DNA of 63,994 nucleotides, filler included, from Basidiobolus ranarum (lineage: Eukaryota): NCBI GenBank assembly GCA_040143965.1. It is 4 parts of 4 records of this genome, joined end to end, with 100 filler letters (N's around TTAATTAATTAA, not from the genome) between each part and the next. Parts side by side here need not be neighbours in the genome. Positions count along the whole stretch, not along the records: positions 1 to 16,967 come from JASJQH010007196.1; 3 more parts are not named here. The stretch is one strand, 5' to 3'. Positions 1-13,157 of this stretch are shown here, piece after piece. A program made the position numbers and the translations under genes. Every line of letters starts with the position of its first letter. The stretch's first letter is position 1. Below the pieces are notes generated by a model, which worked only from the letters and a program-made list of their open reading frames with translations, ran no database searches and was not told the origin of the DNA.

Positions 1-406
1 CTCTACTACTATATAGAAAGGTGCTGAAGAAAAAGCCTCTACTACCTTCTGTTTGGTCTCTATTTTCCATGATGAATAAATATAGTTGACCTGTGAATAA
101 TTGGTTGTCTGGATGACAAAAAAACTATCTAGATATAGAAATTGAGGACGTGACCAAAATCTCGGATTTAACGTGAATTTTCACAGCGGATGTTTAGAAT
201 ATTCCAACGGAATTTGATTTACTATATAACAGCATAGTAACTCGTACTCGAACAAGTACTCCTCTCTTTTTTAGTGGTTTTTGGGTATAGGGACTCTCGT
301 GTGCTTGACCTTACCCTGGTTTCCTCGTTATTCTATCTTTTGAACTTGGCAAAAAAACCAAACGAAGCACATATTTCCGTTAGCATCAAATCCTCTCATT
401 TAAGCA

Positions 407-1959
407 ATGACTACCCTTACTATCGCCGCGTATACTGTCAGTAGTATCGTCTGTGTTGTCTTCGGTGCTTTTGCATTGTATCTCAGCAAGAAGCTCCAGC
501 ATCGTAATGCTGATACTGAGTTTTTTCTGACTGCCAGAAACTCATCTAATTGCACCAAAATTACCTGGAGTTTTTACGCTGCTTCTGTGGGTTGTTGGTA
601 CGCGTTGGAATATTATGACAGTTCATTTTTTATTAATAAGTACTAAACCATTGTTTCCCTAGGACTCTGTTTGGTCCGCCCAGTTACGCTCTAGATGCCG
701 GTATCGTTGGTTTGACTGCATATGCAGTGGCTACAGGAATTCCAATTTTTATAGTAGCCTTCTTCGGTAACAAGATACAAGCCCGTTATCCACATGTGCT
801 CTCCCTTTCTGATTTTGTACGCTGGCGTTTTGGAAATACCTTGCAGTATTTCGTGGCGATTATCATGATTTTCAACGTGGCGACCGCTTTAATTGCAGAG
901 TATACATCTATTGGGGATCTTTTTGAATCAATTATTGGAACCACAAGAATCCCAATTGTCGTGATCGTAGGTGTTATTACTATGATATACACTGCAACTG
1001 GTGGACTTTACGTATCTATTGTTACCGATCAAGGGCAGGCAGTCATGAGCTTATTATTTGTTGTCATTATGATTATTTACATAGCTGCTACGTTCCGATT
1101 ACCTTTACCTAGCCAGTTGCCTCCGGAATTGGCTCCAAACTATTTGGGTTGGGGATCTATTGCAACTATGCCAATCTCCCTTTTCGCTGGTACTTGTTTT
1201 TCGGAAGCTATGTGGCAACGTGTCTGGGCTTCGGAGGATCCGCGTGCTCTTAGGCGTGGTGCCATCATTGCCATGATCATCACTACTCTAGTGATCTTTT
1301 TCCTTGGTTTCTGCGGTTTCTTAGCTGCGTGGGGTGGCCTGGATACATCTAACCCTAATGTAATATTGTTTACATTGTTGGGACATGGAGGCACCGCTCC
1401 GGTATGGATCACAGTCATTGTCACCATGCTCGCAGTGGTCATGAATACATCTGCTGTAGATAGCATGCAGAATGCCCTGGTGGACAGTGTCTCCTCGGTA
1501 TTCTTGAAGTCCCAACCTGTGTGGATGTCCAGAATATTGGTTTTTGTGGTGAATGTGCCGTTGGCCATCATATCTTTGAAGGGATATCAAGTTATGAATC
1601 TTTTCTTGCTTTCAAATTTAGTTACCACTTGTTTCATATTACCAGTCTTCATGGGTCTTTGGCAAGGGCCGGGACGTCATATGATCAACACAGTCTCAGT
1701 ATTTATTGGGTGCTTCTCTGGCTTTGCCTCTGTTATGGTGTACGGGACTATAGTCAAAGGAAACTTGAAGGATGGGATGTATTTCACTTTCTTTGCAGGT
1801 TACCAATACCCTCCCTTTTTGCTCGCACTGGGATTCTCTGGAATTGGTTTAATAGTGTCTGGCTTTCTTATATCGCTCATTTTCCCAAATTATGGCAAAA
1901 AGATAGAAGTTCAAAAAGTGGAAAAAGTGACATCAAAAATATCCATAATCGAGGGATAA
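407..1959 (+). CDS. Sodium:solute symporter family transporter (DUR3/DUR31-like urea/polyamine permease), 2 exons
   Basis: Exon 407-597, intron 598-663 (GTACGC...TACTAA...TAG), exon 664-1959. Spliced reading gives EFFLTARNS...FYAASVGCWTLFGPP. Also YTATGGLYVSIVTDQGQ and WQRVWASED SSS motifs, many TM segments. Confidence 0.88.
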
Positions 1960-2295
1960 CTCTCTTAGAAGTTCGAAAGTTATTTTACTGCTTTCAACTA
2001 TTCTTCTTTTTCGATTGACTTTTTTATGATCTTTTATAACCATTTCTTTTTTATGAACTTCTTTAAATATTCGATATCGAATTGCCATGGTTTGGGGGAT
2101 ATTCTTTAGCTAAAATGTTCACAATAAACTGAGAATTTTCGATTTTGCTATCTAAATGATGCCAGAGATATGCTAGCAACTGTTTATTACACTTTCACAT
2201 TGGACGCTAGTTAGGCTTCTGAAACACCTAGATTGGTGCTTTTGCTTCTTCAACCCACATCCTGTATTGTTCCAGGGAATTCAGAGTTTCAGATC

Positions 2296-2329
2296 AACAG
2301 CTCATATGGATTAACAGCTCATATGGATT
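2296..2329. repeat. Perfect 17-bp tandem duplication (AACAGCTCATATGGATT x2)
   Basis: Directly visible between the convergent SSS and GATA genes. Confidence 0.9.
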
Positions 2330-2398
2330 TCGAAGAGTCGTGATATCGTTCGGTGAAGGAGTGATTTGGCACTTTAAAATATTGAGATTAGAGGCAAG

Positions 2399-4216
2399 TT
2401 AAATCAAGTGGTTACTCATAAAATCCATCTTACCTGAAAGTGTAAATTTTCTTTTCTTCAACGGTGTGGCCAAACTTCGATTAGGTGTTTTAAGAGTAGC
2501 AGAGGGACTTGGATGACTTTTATACTCAAGGTCTTCTTTATCAGAGGTATCTGCATCTACATTAGAATCTGGGGATATGGCGTGGCTGCTTTTGGACTTT
2601 GCTTTGGATTTCAATTTGGGCAATGGCGTAGTGGGTAAAGAGGAGCCAAATGCAACAGGCGAACTAGGTCGTCCTACTTTGGCTGATTTGATATCATCCG
2701 AGCTGACTGCAACATCCTGCAATATCTTTCCATGCTTCCATTTGACTCCACAAGCATTACACAAAGTGCCAGCTCCAGCTGGGCCACGTCTCCACATTGG
2801 TGTGCTTTTACAACTACAATAAGCACACTTTTTACCATTTCCATTGGTTGAGTTATAAGAGTTGGAATTTTTTCGTGAAACAACAGCAGTAGGCTTGGGT
2901 TTTTTGACTATAATAGATTGGTTAAAATGAAACGTTAAGTTCTATCCTGTATTGTGTAACCATTCTTAAACCATACTATCTTTTTACCTTCCGAGGACCC
3001 AAGGGATTTGGATTTTTTGGAATTACGTCGGGATTCTGACTGAATAGATCTGTAAGTCGCTTGCCTTTATGATTCATTGGTATCTGATTGTTACTCACGT
3101 TAGAATCCGATGCCCGTCGCTCGATGGATTTGGATGGAGTTTTAATGATTGAAAAATCTTTGGCCTCGGCAACGGTGACAGTGGTGGGAGCTATTGTTTT
3201 CTATAAAAAGAACCACCCAAGGATAGAGTTAGAATTCAATTGACAAAAAGGAATTGTTGGCTCCTATCTACCTTCACCAAAGCTTCGGGTAATTCACAGG
3301 GTAAGGAATACTTAACATATAAACGATTCGGAAGATATTTAACCTATTTTAGAATTTACATAAAACGTTTAGTTTGAGTATTAGCGAGGAATATGGATAG
3401 TAAGAGAACAAGTGTTTACCTTGTCGGTCATATATCTATACACAAAAGATACATCTTTGGTGACTTGCTTTATCGATAGCCAAAGCTCTTTAGACACTCT
3501 TGACATATGCATCATCATTGATGGCAACTCATCCATAGATGAAGGGGTCCTTTGTTCACGGATATTTGAAGAAAAAGTCGCGATAATCTGAATTATAAAC
3601 TTGTCAAAAAAAATTCTTTGTCATTAATAATTAAAAGTCTATCTATTCACCTCAAAAGGTTCGCTTATGTTCGTTGCTTCAACAATAGCTTCTTCGGGGA
3701 ATAACCAAGATTCGGACGGATCTTCCATAAATTCAAATATAAGTTCACCTGGTGTAAGAGTTTCAGGAACATCGGACAATGTATTGATTGATAGTTCACT
3801 TATATCCAAAGATTTTTCGGTCAAGTGGACCATTTCTTCAGAAAAGTGCTCTAAAACTGGATGTAATACACGATAAAATTTGGTGCCTGGAAACGTGTGA
3901 GGACCAATGAACAAAGTGCAAGTGCCTATGTATAGATACTGAACACCTGACTCTAAACCACCCCCATATTTACGGAACAACGAAGTATAAGCTTTACGGG
4001 TGTGAATCAAACACGAAAGTAACGCCTTACTAAGAGATGTGAAGATTTGATTAATTGTTAAACGAGGTGATTAATCAAGTAATACTCTCTCTAGAATAAA
4101 CGAAGAATGTATCCTACATACGTGTCAGTTTTCAGATCTTCATCTGTTAACGAACGTTTTGAACCCTCTTTGAGTAAAGATGCAGAGAGAATTTTCTTTT
4201 CTGTATCCGATTCCAT
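2399..4216 (-). CDS. Multi-exon protein: Swc3-like N-terminal region plus C-terminal GATA zinc finger
   Basis: ATG at 4216, several GT-AG introns. Last exon encodes CAYCSCKSTPMWRRGPAGAGTLCNACGVKWK (C-x2-C-x18-C-x2-C). Upstream exons carry CTLFIGPHTF, LIFEFMEDPSESWLFPEEAIVE and VYRYM...RLYVKYSL, resembling Swc3. GATA call is firm; Swc3 call is moderate. Confidence 0.8.
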
Positions 4217-4890
4217 CAAGATTTCGATTGGTTGGTAATATGTACAATGTTATAAAGGAAATGGACAAGTGATAGATGTTGAGACAGAAGAAGATTACTA
4301 GTGTGGTGTTCACAATTGTTTCCTATACAATAAGCAGTAAAATCTAACTTGTATGAACTTTTTGCTGGTGTACTTGAATTCGGGGTTAAATTCACCTTGA
4401 ATGATAACTAAAATTATAAATCATTCTATATTCCTTGATAGAGAAGTCACAATAATACTGCTTCGTGTTGCAAGTGGAACAGGTGACCTAATATAAAATA
4501 TTGATTGGATCATTCAAGCTGAGCACTAAAAGGCATAGAGCTATTAAATATTGTTGATGCATTACAGATGGATAGATGATGTCAAATATCACTTCGAATT
4601 CATAACCATCTCCCCCGAGCTTTTCACTACCACCAGGACTATCTTGGAAGTGATAAGATGAACATTGAAACAACTACATTACATAGCACCAGTGATTATC
4701 CAGATTGAAAGAGGATAGATTATAAGATAGACTGAAATCATGGAAATTAGAAGATTTGTTTTCCTATCATGTGATATGGCACTTATCTGTTTGTTTATTT
4801 ATCCTTCACCCATTGGTACAAATCCAACAAAAACTCGGTGCTTTGTAAATATTTTTACAGCTTAGTCGACTTGGAAAGTACAAAGTAAAT

Positions 4891-5577
4891 ATGGACAAAT
4901 TTGTGATACGAAAACGCTTGCCTCTCGAAGACAAAACCCAAAAAACCATATCAACAACAAACATTTGTAAGCCAAGTATAAAAGATATCTTAAATGTCAA
5001 CCCCAGTAGAGACATGCTATACAAATCAAATTCTTCTGGGCATCAAGTTAATGAATCTCGAAGAAGCTCTACACACTACTGGGAGTATAGACATAAAAAG
5101 TTACATCAACAAAAACCCGAGACGGTATACCTTTTGTATAATTCAGATTTACTATTGAGTAAGCTCATTAAATGGAACATTTAGATTTCAAAAGTATTGA
5201 AAGGAGTAGTTGTGTACATAGACGGCTACTTGGACCTGAACATGTCTGATTTAGATTTCAAGAAATTGATACAGAAACACGGCGGTGAAGTAAGGTAAAT
5301 ATATGGGCCTCATAAACTATAGGCAAGTATATCCAAATTGACACTCACCCCTAAACACTTTACTAGTTATACTTTAGCAAGGCGAAAAGTCACCCATCTT
5401 ATATGCCGTAATCTGAGTGCTTCCAAGACTCAAAAACACTTCCAAACCAAAAGTAAAGTTAAAGTAGTAACTCCAAATTGGATAATTGATAGTATAGATA
5501 AGGGGAAGCAATTATCGGAAAGCCGGTTTCTAGCATTGAAGGAACAAACAAACCATGTTCTGGACAACATCTTTTGA
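4891..5577 (+). CDS. Small stand-alone BRCT-domain protein (Rev1 N-terminal-like BRCT), 3 exons
   Basis: Spliced: ...YWEYRHKKLHQQ...LKGVVVYIDGY...KKLIQKHGGEVSYTLARRKVTHLICRNLSASK...VVTPNWIIDSIDKGKQLSE, with BRCT GG, TH and W motifs. Confidence 0.85.
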
Positions 5578-6011
5578 AGTTATATACCACCAATGCTTTA
5601 TGCCGTCACGTCGATATAGACACATCTCGTACAAACCAATTTCACCCTATTCCGCATGTACAAAATGACAATTTCTCGAATATCCTTTGAAAATCTTTAC
5701 CGCCAATTTTACCGTGCATAAATTTTCGAATTTTGTCTTGAGTAAAAATTATTTCAAACACACTTCCTTGGCCAGTGAAATATTCGGAATAGATTAACAA
5801 TGCTAACTCTACTTTACCTATTTGTTTTCAAGATGACTCAAGATACTGAAGTTGATGATTCAGTCCTCAAAACAATGACTGTGCTATTACTGTTCTCTCT
5901 AACCAATAGCATCAAAGTAAACATACCTTCAGCTACCATCTGATGGCGATAGATTCGAAGGGTAGCGGATGTATATAAGCGCTCTCCACCAGTGCTTAAC
6001 TGTATCTCATC

Positions 6012-6491
6012 ATGCATTCAAAACTCATTGCCATCTTTACAATTGTTCTATCCATGGTATCCTATACCCATGGTGGAGCAGCCATCACTGCTCCGGTTGA
6101 AAGTCAATGGCCAGCCGGCAGTACACAAATGATTACGTGGGCCGATAATGGAGATGGTAAGCCTATCCCTGCCAAGGTGGATCTCGTACTCATGTCTGGA
6201 AAAATGACAGCTCTTCAGTTAGTGAAGCCCATTGCTAGTCAAACTGATGGATCCTCGGGACAATATAAATGGGACATACCCAAGGACATTGCACCAGGCA
6301 AGCAATATGCGGTGAGAATTGGCCCTGCGTCGAACCCATCCTACAGTGCATATTTCGAGATATTGGCTGCCGATGGATCTTCAAGCGGAAACCTGGTATC
6401 TGGTCATAGTAATGATGGCCACCAAACTCTTCCATATGTGTGGTGCTTTACTATGTTTTCCATCCTACTCTTAGCGTTAGGGTTTTATTAA
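6012..6491 (+). CDS. Secreted, probably GPI-anchored cell-wall protein with Kre9/Knh1-like N-terminal domain
   Basis: Signal peptide; ITAP...W.AG....ITW, G.YKWDIP, YS.YFEI; hydrophobic C-terminus; TATATAA ~40 bp upstream. Confidence 0.82.
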   Translation: MHSKLIAIFTIVLSMVSYTHGGAAITAPVESQWPAGSTQMITWADNGDGKPIPAKVDLVLMSGKMTALQLVKPIASQTDGSSGQYKWDIPKDIAPGKQYAVRIGPASNPSYSAYFEILAADGSSSGNLVSGHSNDGHQTLPYVWCFTMFSILLLALGFY

Positions 6492-7044
6492 GGAATATGT
6501 GAATTATTGATCAAATATGGGAAGTAGCATTTTAAATAAATTATATATGGAATGCACAAATCATTCAACAGTTGACTAATATAATGTGGATTTCTATTGA
6601 CTTACATGCAATCTATTCATAATCCAGTTTATCCGCTAAACTTGGCCAACGTGATTTTATTCGAGAATGTGATACAGATTACGTGATGACCGTTCAACTC
6701 ATTAGTATCATACGTTCCAAGTAAATAACGTCACGTAATATATAACCCAGCCCCTGGTATTTCCAAATTTATTCTAAGCAACCCCATTCCCCAGCTATTC
6801 CCAAAAAGTAAGCATGATATGTTTAATATGAGATAGACGGCAATATGACCATATATGTCTTCATAGATTCTTCCAAACTCAAATGATTCGAACAACGTTT
6901 TGATTCCAAAAATTTATTATTGCTAAGTGTTATGATCAGGAAAGCCACGATTAACTTCCAGCAGAATGATGATGAATGTATAATGAAGTTGGGGAAATAT
7001 GGTAGAATACAGATGTTTGAACCGAGCCTAAGGTTGCTCCAACA

Positions 7045-8340
7045 TTAAGAGTTTTGCTCGATCTTGTTAACAAGTGATATAATGGCATCCTTAGCTCCCA
7101 ATATGCATCCGAGCAAACCGACTGCTACAACGATTAGGCACCACAGAAGTTCTAATTTACTAACACTCTTCCATCCGTAAAGCTTAAGGTAGAGAACAAT
7201 AGGGGCCACAAAGACAATGATGCAGTTCGAGAGAGCTCCGATCAACGACATAAGTTCTGGTACGTATGGAAGGAACAGAGCAATCACAGTGAGTACAACA
7301 ATGACCACAGTACGAAGAGCACCACGAAGGAGGAACTCCTTAGAAGCGCTGTGATATTTTCTGTCGATCTTAAAGATCATCTCCATTTCATTGGCAAAAC
7401 TAGTGAGCAAGATAGGCGCCGCAAGGATAACGTGAATTGTAATCAAAATTACAGCAATGTAGTAACCAGCATTATGTGGAATGTTAAGATAGATGGGGGA
7501 TTTTGCTGCGTTACCATATACGTAGTATCCACACACACTGATCAATAAGTACATGCCGGTAATAGTGGCAATGGCTAAAAATAACACCTTATTCCAGGAC
7601 TTAGGGTTGCGCATACCTTCTTCTACGTGTGGGTAGATGACATTTCCACCATAGGAGAAACTGATGGATGCCAGGGCAATTGGAATTCCGGATCCGCGAG
7701 CAAAAGCGTGTCCATATTCAGTAGTGGCAGTGGGAACTAATGATGGTAGCTGTATAAATCCTTCGATGACTACCACAAGTACAACCACTAAGGTAGCAAC
7801 GGCACCGAAAATCGCTAAGATAGCAACCTCTTTCAAGGACTTTAATGCGATGTATGGAAGGCAAATAATAACTGCAGCGACTATGATGCAGACTTTTTCA
7901 CTTGCTGCAACACCCCAACCTCGTAGTAGTTCCCAAGCATTTTGGCCAGCTAGCAAAATATAGATACAAGAAGCTCCTAGTAGAATGGAGTAATAGAAGA
8001 CTCTGACAAAGAGTTTCCCAAATTTACCAAATGCGGCCTCTCCGATTGATGGGTAATCGGGTAAACGGGTTACACCATCGTAATAAAGACATTTGATAAG
8101 AAGCTGTCCGGTATAGGTAGCAATGCAAGCTGAGAGTACAATCATAAATACTGATATCCAACCACCTTGGTTCAGCGCCAAGGGAAGCTGGAGGGTACCA
8201 GTTCCAGCAATTACGCAGACAATGTTGAAGTAGGCACCAAAGCTTGAGCCAGTTCTATGTTGGTTAGCTCCATCCTCGAACTCGAGTTGATGAATATCTT
8301 TGTTCGAGACATACTCGTTGGTGGCAGTTTTTTCTGTCAT
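7045..8340 (-). CDS. Amino-acid transporter (Aa_trans/AVT-like family), intronless
   Basis: AYFNIVCVIAGTGTLQLP.AL.QGGW and FSYGGNVIYPHVE.GM..P..W motifs; ~11 TM helices; first ATG at 8340. Confidence 0.9.
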   Translation of the reverse strand: MTEKTATNEYVSNKDIHQLEFEDGANQHRTGSSFGAYFNIVCVIAGTGTLQLPLALNQGGWISVFMIVLSACIATYTGQLLIKCLYYDGVTRLPDYPSIGEAAFGKFGKLFVRVFYYSILLGASCIYILLAGQNAWELLRGWGVAASEKVCIIVAAVIICLPYIALKSLKEVAILAIFGAVATLVVVLVVVIEGFIQLPSLVPTATTEYGHAFARGSGIPIALASISFSYGGNVIYPHVEEGMRNPKSWNKVLFLAIATITGMYLLISVCGYYVYGNAAKSPIYLNIPHNAGYYIAVILITIHVILAAPILLTSFANEMEMIFKIDRKYHSASKEFLLRGALRTVVIVVLTVIALFLPYVPELMSLIGALSNCIIVFVAPIVLYLKLYGWKSVSKLELLWCLIVVAVGLLGCILGAKDAIISLVNKIEQNS

Positions 8341-8831
8341 TACAGCGGACGGAGTTTTCAACCAAAAAAGTGAAGGTTACTAGTCAAGCGTGAAAAGGGT
8401 GAACGGATTGTTCAGCGATTTTCTAACGATGCAGAGCTATGAAATAGATTCAACGAAGGAGCAGCCCGCGTAAGAAAGAAAGAAAGAAAGAGAGTTAAAG
8501 ATGATTGAGACTGATGTGAAGATAACCCGGTGATTTCTTTTTATACTTTCGAGAAATCTAAATATGTTCACTTGCCATTACAGAGGTCTCATGGTCTCTG
8601 ATAAACTTTTGTCTTTATCTGGTAACTGGCTGAAAGAATATTGTGCTCATGACACTCTGCTAATTCGACCAAACGTTTGATTGCGCCCATAACACTTGAT
8701 TGGCCCACCTTGGACAAGGTTTAGATTGTATTTATTAAAGTTGATATACAATAGAATACGAAGAACGGCTCGATGTCTAAAAGAGGATGGATCATGCAAA
8801 ACTTGTGACACATTGAACGGTTTTTCATCTA

Positions 8832-8902
8832 GCCTGAATTTGGATGGTTGTATTTGGATAGGCTGTATTTGGATGGGTTGTATTCAGAGAGCCTGTATTT
8901 AG
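8832..8902. repeat. Degenerate ~15-bp minisatellite (GG(C/T)TGTATTTGGAT-like, 4-5 units)
   Basis: gcctgaatttggatg gttgtatttggata ggctgtatttggatg ggttgtattcagaga gcctgtattt. Confidence 0.7.
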
Positions 8903-9939
8903 TTATTAAGGTTGGAGGTTTGGTGAACTGCGAATAGCAGGTTGAGTGGGAGTTGTAGGAAATATTACGAATAGTGGTTTGGGTGGGAAGAACAACCCCA
9001 GGTGTTACCTCATCATGCTCACTTTTTAGCTAGAGAATGCCACATTTTCATTAACTAAACCGGTTACTTGCAAAAAAAAGAGGGCGCGAACCACAATCTG
9101 AAATGGAACTTGATGATTGTGTAAAATAGAACTTCGACCAAGGCAATACCTGGTCAACATAACGATGGTAAGAAGCAGCCGAGTATTTCTGTCAAGTAGT
9201 CAAGATGCCCCACGAGGTCTCTATGGCAGAAACAATCCTACTTCGGTGAAAATTTTATCATTCAACTAAATCCGTGGTTCATGGGAAAGTTGGTTATTTC
9301 CAGTTGCTTCGGTTCACGAATCAATTCTCAGGACCTAAATTTCGCTCACGACGAAAGAAGCCTACCTGTTTCAGAGCCATGATCGAACGATTTGTGCTGG
9401 TCAGTACCCGATCACATCCAGTTGTGATTTTCTATCGTTTTATCCAACTGGGGTCGATTTTTCTGATTAGATACGTCAGATTGCATTTCTTACATCTTCC
9501 GATCTGAGTATAATACCCTTATGTTATTTACCATCAGATAGCGGTAGTGTCAGTATTTCTACCAGGGAACACAACGGTTGATCAAAAATTAACTTATACA
9601 CTCCGTGTTTGACTAAATAATCTCGGGTACATATCGGTGGTCAGACGTTCCTTGTCAAGCCATTATATTGTCAACGCTCGGCTTGGAGATAAATATTAGA
9701 CAAATGGCGCAGTCGCTAAGACAGTCATATTGCTGCAAACGGTCTGATAAAATGCACCAAGTATACCGCCTCTACGTGTCAGCCAAATTGCCACTACCCT
9801 GATGTTGCATTATTAATCAGTTATAGCCAATTTTTTGCCAATAAATATGTGCCTGAGCTAAAAAAAACCAAAACCAAGTATATTTCGTACCTCACCACCA
9901 CAGCGCTTTCTTATTTTCTTGGTTAACTTATTCTTAGAT

Positions 9940-11779
9940 ATGGGTGAAGCTAAAGATGCAGAAAAAGAAGCTATTAAAGCACTAAGGAGGAAGCTCATAA
10001 TTAAATACTTCCGTCCTCTTTTCATCATATTCATTGTTACTCGAATAGGGAAATTCCTCTACCCCTATATCTTTTCTTCCCCCTCCATAACCGTTATCAA
10101 TGTACCTAAACCTACAGATCAAAACTACTGTAACGTAAGTTATACCTTCTTTGTAGAATACTAACTTTATTTCTGATCAATTTCATAATTTCTATAGCCT
10201 ATGGGTTTAATCGCAGACACTTCTTGTGATTTTAAAACTATCAATGACGTCAATGAAAACCTTTCATCTGAGCTACTCAAACTAGTAGAATCTCCATTCT
10301 TCAGACATTACAAGGTAAAGAATTTAGGAAACAATGAAGCATTTCATATACTCATTTAACACAACACTTCTATTTTAGTTAAATCTTTACAAAGATTGTC
10401 CCTTTTGGCCCAACAATTACTTATGTAATCGTGAAGATTGCAATGTTGAAGTGATGAATGAAGTTCGTGATTTATTTTTCTCTTTCTTATACATACTCTA
10501 AAGCTAACAATTTATATTCACCTTAGGCGGAAGTACCAGAGGAATTGAAGAAAAAACTTGGGGCTATCGATTTCTCACCAGCTAGTTTTGTAAGTTGCGA
10601 ATTCTACTCTTTTAAATACGTGCAATTCGTTAATTTAGTGAATAGGGCCTTCAACCTCTAAAAAAATGCGAATTCACGAATAGAGACTTTTGCGTGCTCG
10701 AGGATGAAAGCTCGCAAGGTATGCCTAATTGTAACTGAGTAAAACGACCTTGTAGAATTTGAACCTAACCTTAACGTAGATGGAGTGTATGTCGATTTAA
10801 TCAAAAACCCTGAACGTTTCACTGGATATGCTGGCCCACCAGCACACAAAATTTGGCAGGCAGTTTACGAAGAGAATTGCTTTGCGCCTATTAAATTAAT
10901 TTCAGCTGCCAATGATCACGTATTGCCTATGACAAATGCGTTGGTGGATAACGCAATAGAGGAGGACGAGACTTGTTTGGAAAAGAGAGTGTTCTATCGT
11001 CTCATGTCAGGTACTTTAACCAGTATTCAAACCTCATAACTCAGAAAACAACCCTAACTTGTTTTTAGGACTTCATGCTTCTGTTTCGGTTCATATCTGT
11101 GATGAATATTTCAATCAGACAACTGGACAATGGGGACCCAACTTTGAGTGTTTTCACGAACGTGTTGGTAAATATTCTGACCGCGTAGAGAATATATATT
11201 TTAACTATGCGGTCATGCTGCGCGCTCTGAACAAAATGTCACTTTATCTTCAACAGTACAATTATTGTAGTGGTAATCCTGATGAAGACAACAAAACCAA
11301 GGTAACTTTTCTAACTTAGAGCTTCTTCATACTTAATCAGACGATTAATGAACCATTTTTAGGAAATATTGGACAATATCCTTACATCAAGTAAAGCGTT
11401 ACCTCCAGCCTTCGATGAAAAGGCGCTTTTTAGTGATTCCACATCCAACATACTAAAAGAGGAATTCAAAGATCATTTCCGCAATGTTACTAGAATTATG
11501 GATTGTGTAGGCTGCGATAAATGTCGGTTATGGGGTAAAATTCAAACCACGGGATTAGGTACAGCACTCAAGGTTCTTTTCTCGTACGACGATCACAAGT
11601 TTGGAATCCGAGCAAACCCGAATTTATTACAACGTAGTGAAATAGTAGCCTTGCTCAATACATTTAACAGATTCTCTGAAAGTATTTCCTCCATTCAGCG
11701 CTTCCGTAAAATGTATCTTGACCAAGTTTAGAAACTTTGTATAACCCAGTTTGTTACCATTTCCTAACCCTAGACATGA
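9940..11779 (+). CDS. ERO1: ER oxidoreductin 1, multi-exon
   Basis: [76 protein letters not shown] (CxxCxxC). The 3' end is either TAG at 11731 or, after a short intron, ACA-TGA ending 11779. Confidence 0.95.
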
Positions 11780-13157
11780 AGATCAATTATATAAACATAA
11801 AAACACTTCCTTTATATACGATTGTTATTAGCAATAATCAACTTTTTCGCAGAGAATCAAAGTAACCAGGTGTTGCCTTAACCCTACTAATTTCCTTGCT
11901 GGGTTCATCTGCATAGAAATGGAGATTAAATGGATGTTTTCCATACAGCGGATTCATAGCTATACCAAACGAGCATTTCACTAGCTAGATGTACATAAAC
12001 ATTGCTCAAAATTGTAGACTTAAATTTCCGTTGAGCGGGAAGCTCTCGGCGAATACCAACCTTTATGTTACTAGGATAGCCAAGTTTCAAGAACAAGTTG
12101 TTTGTTGGAGTTGAACTTCCTGGTCAAATAGCGAATAAAGGGTTTAGAAAAGACTGACTATTATTTGTGTACATAGAGTTGCAGAGTATATGTAAATCTG
12201 AACACCAACTCGGGGTCTAGTAAATCAATTTGTATATGATGTTGATTACAACCCCTTATACTTTCTGGTTCAATCTCCGCTTGGATGGAGAATGGATTTT
12301 ATTATTTATGGAACCGTGACTGCTCATATGCCGCTGGAGACAAGATTAATCTGTATATAGTGAGTACGAGATGTGAGATTAAGCAGTCCATTTTCTGTGT
12401 GGCACTTGGTCCATAAGATTAGCACACATGAGCTTTCGATTTTTGCATGACTATATTTCCTGAGCATAAGAAGTGAGCCTCTCTTGTTTCCAAGAAGGTT
12501 CCGAAGCAGCGTAATTGTTACCATGTCCTTACAGTTGCAATCACATGTTTGGATTGGAACTCATCAGTTTGCTTGTAAGAGAACTTAATTATGATTCAGT
12601 TGCACAAAAGTATTATGTCGTAGCACAAACAAGCCCAACAATATGAGCATTACTGGTGTATATTTGGCTTATTTCAACGTATATAAATATCTATCCGCAA
12701 AGCTCTACAAACCGATAATATGTACATTCACAAATTCTGCACCTCAACACGGCCAGTAATTGTTAGTAAATTTTAATTAATGGTCATTTCACTCAACTGG
12801 GCCGCTTGCCATTAATTTAGCTTTATCTCCGAGACTAAGACGTTGAACATGATACATCAATCAAATCTGGAATTATATTTCTATAAATCTGTACCAATTT
12901 AACAGGTACCATACCAAACATTCTCGCCCCTTTCTTACTAGTCCGAGAGTATATCAACAACCCACCCTTGCTTAGCTTCTCTCCCTCTCCCTCCTTTTAT
13001 AAATAGTTATTTCTTCACTTTTAGCTACTCTTACTCTTGTAAAATAGCGAACTACTAAACTCTTAATTTCAACCTTAAACTTATTACTTATATTAATTCC
13101 CACAACCTCATTCATTCAAAACAAAGTTCAAACTCAGTAAGAATTTGAAAGCTAGGA

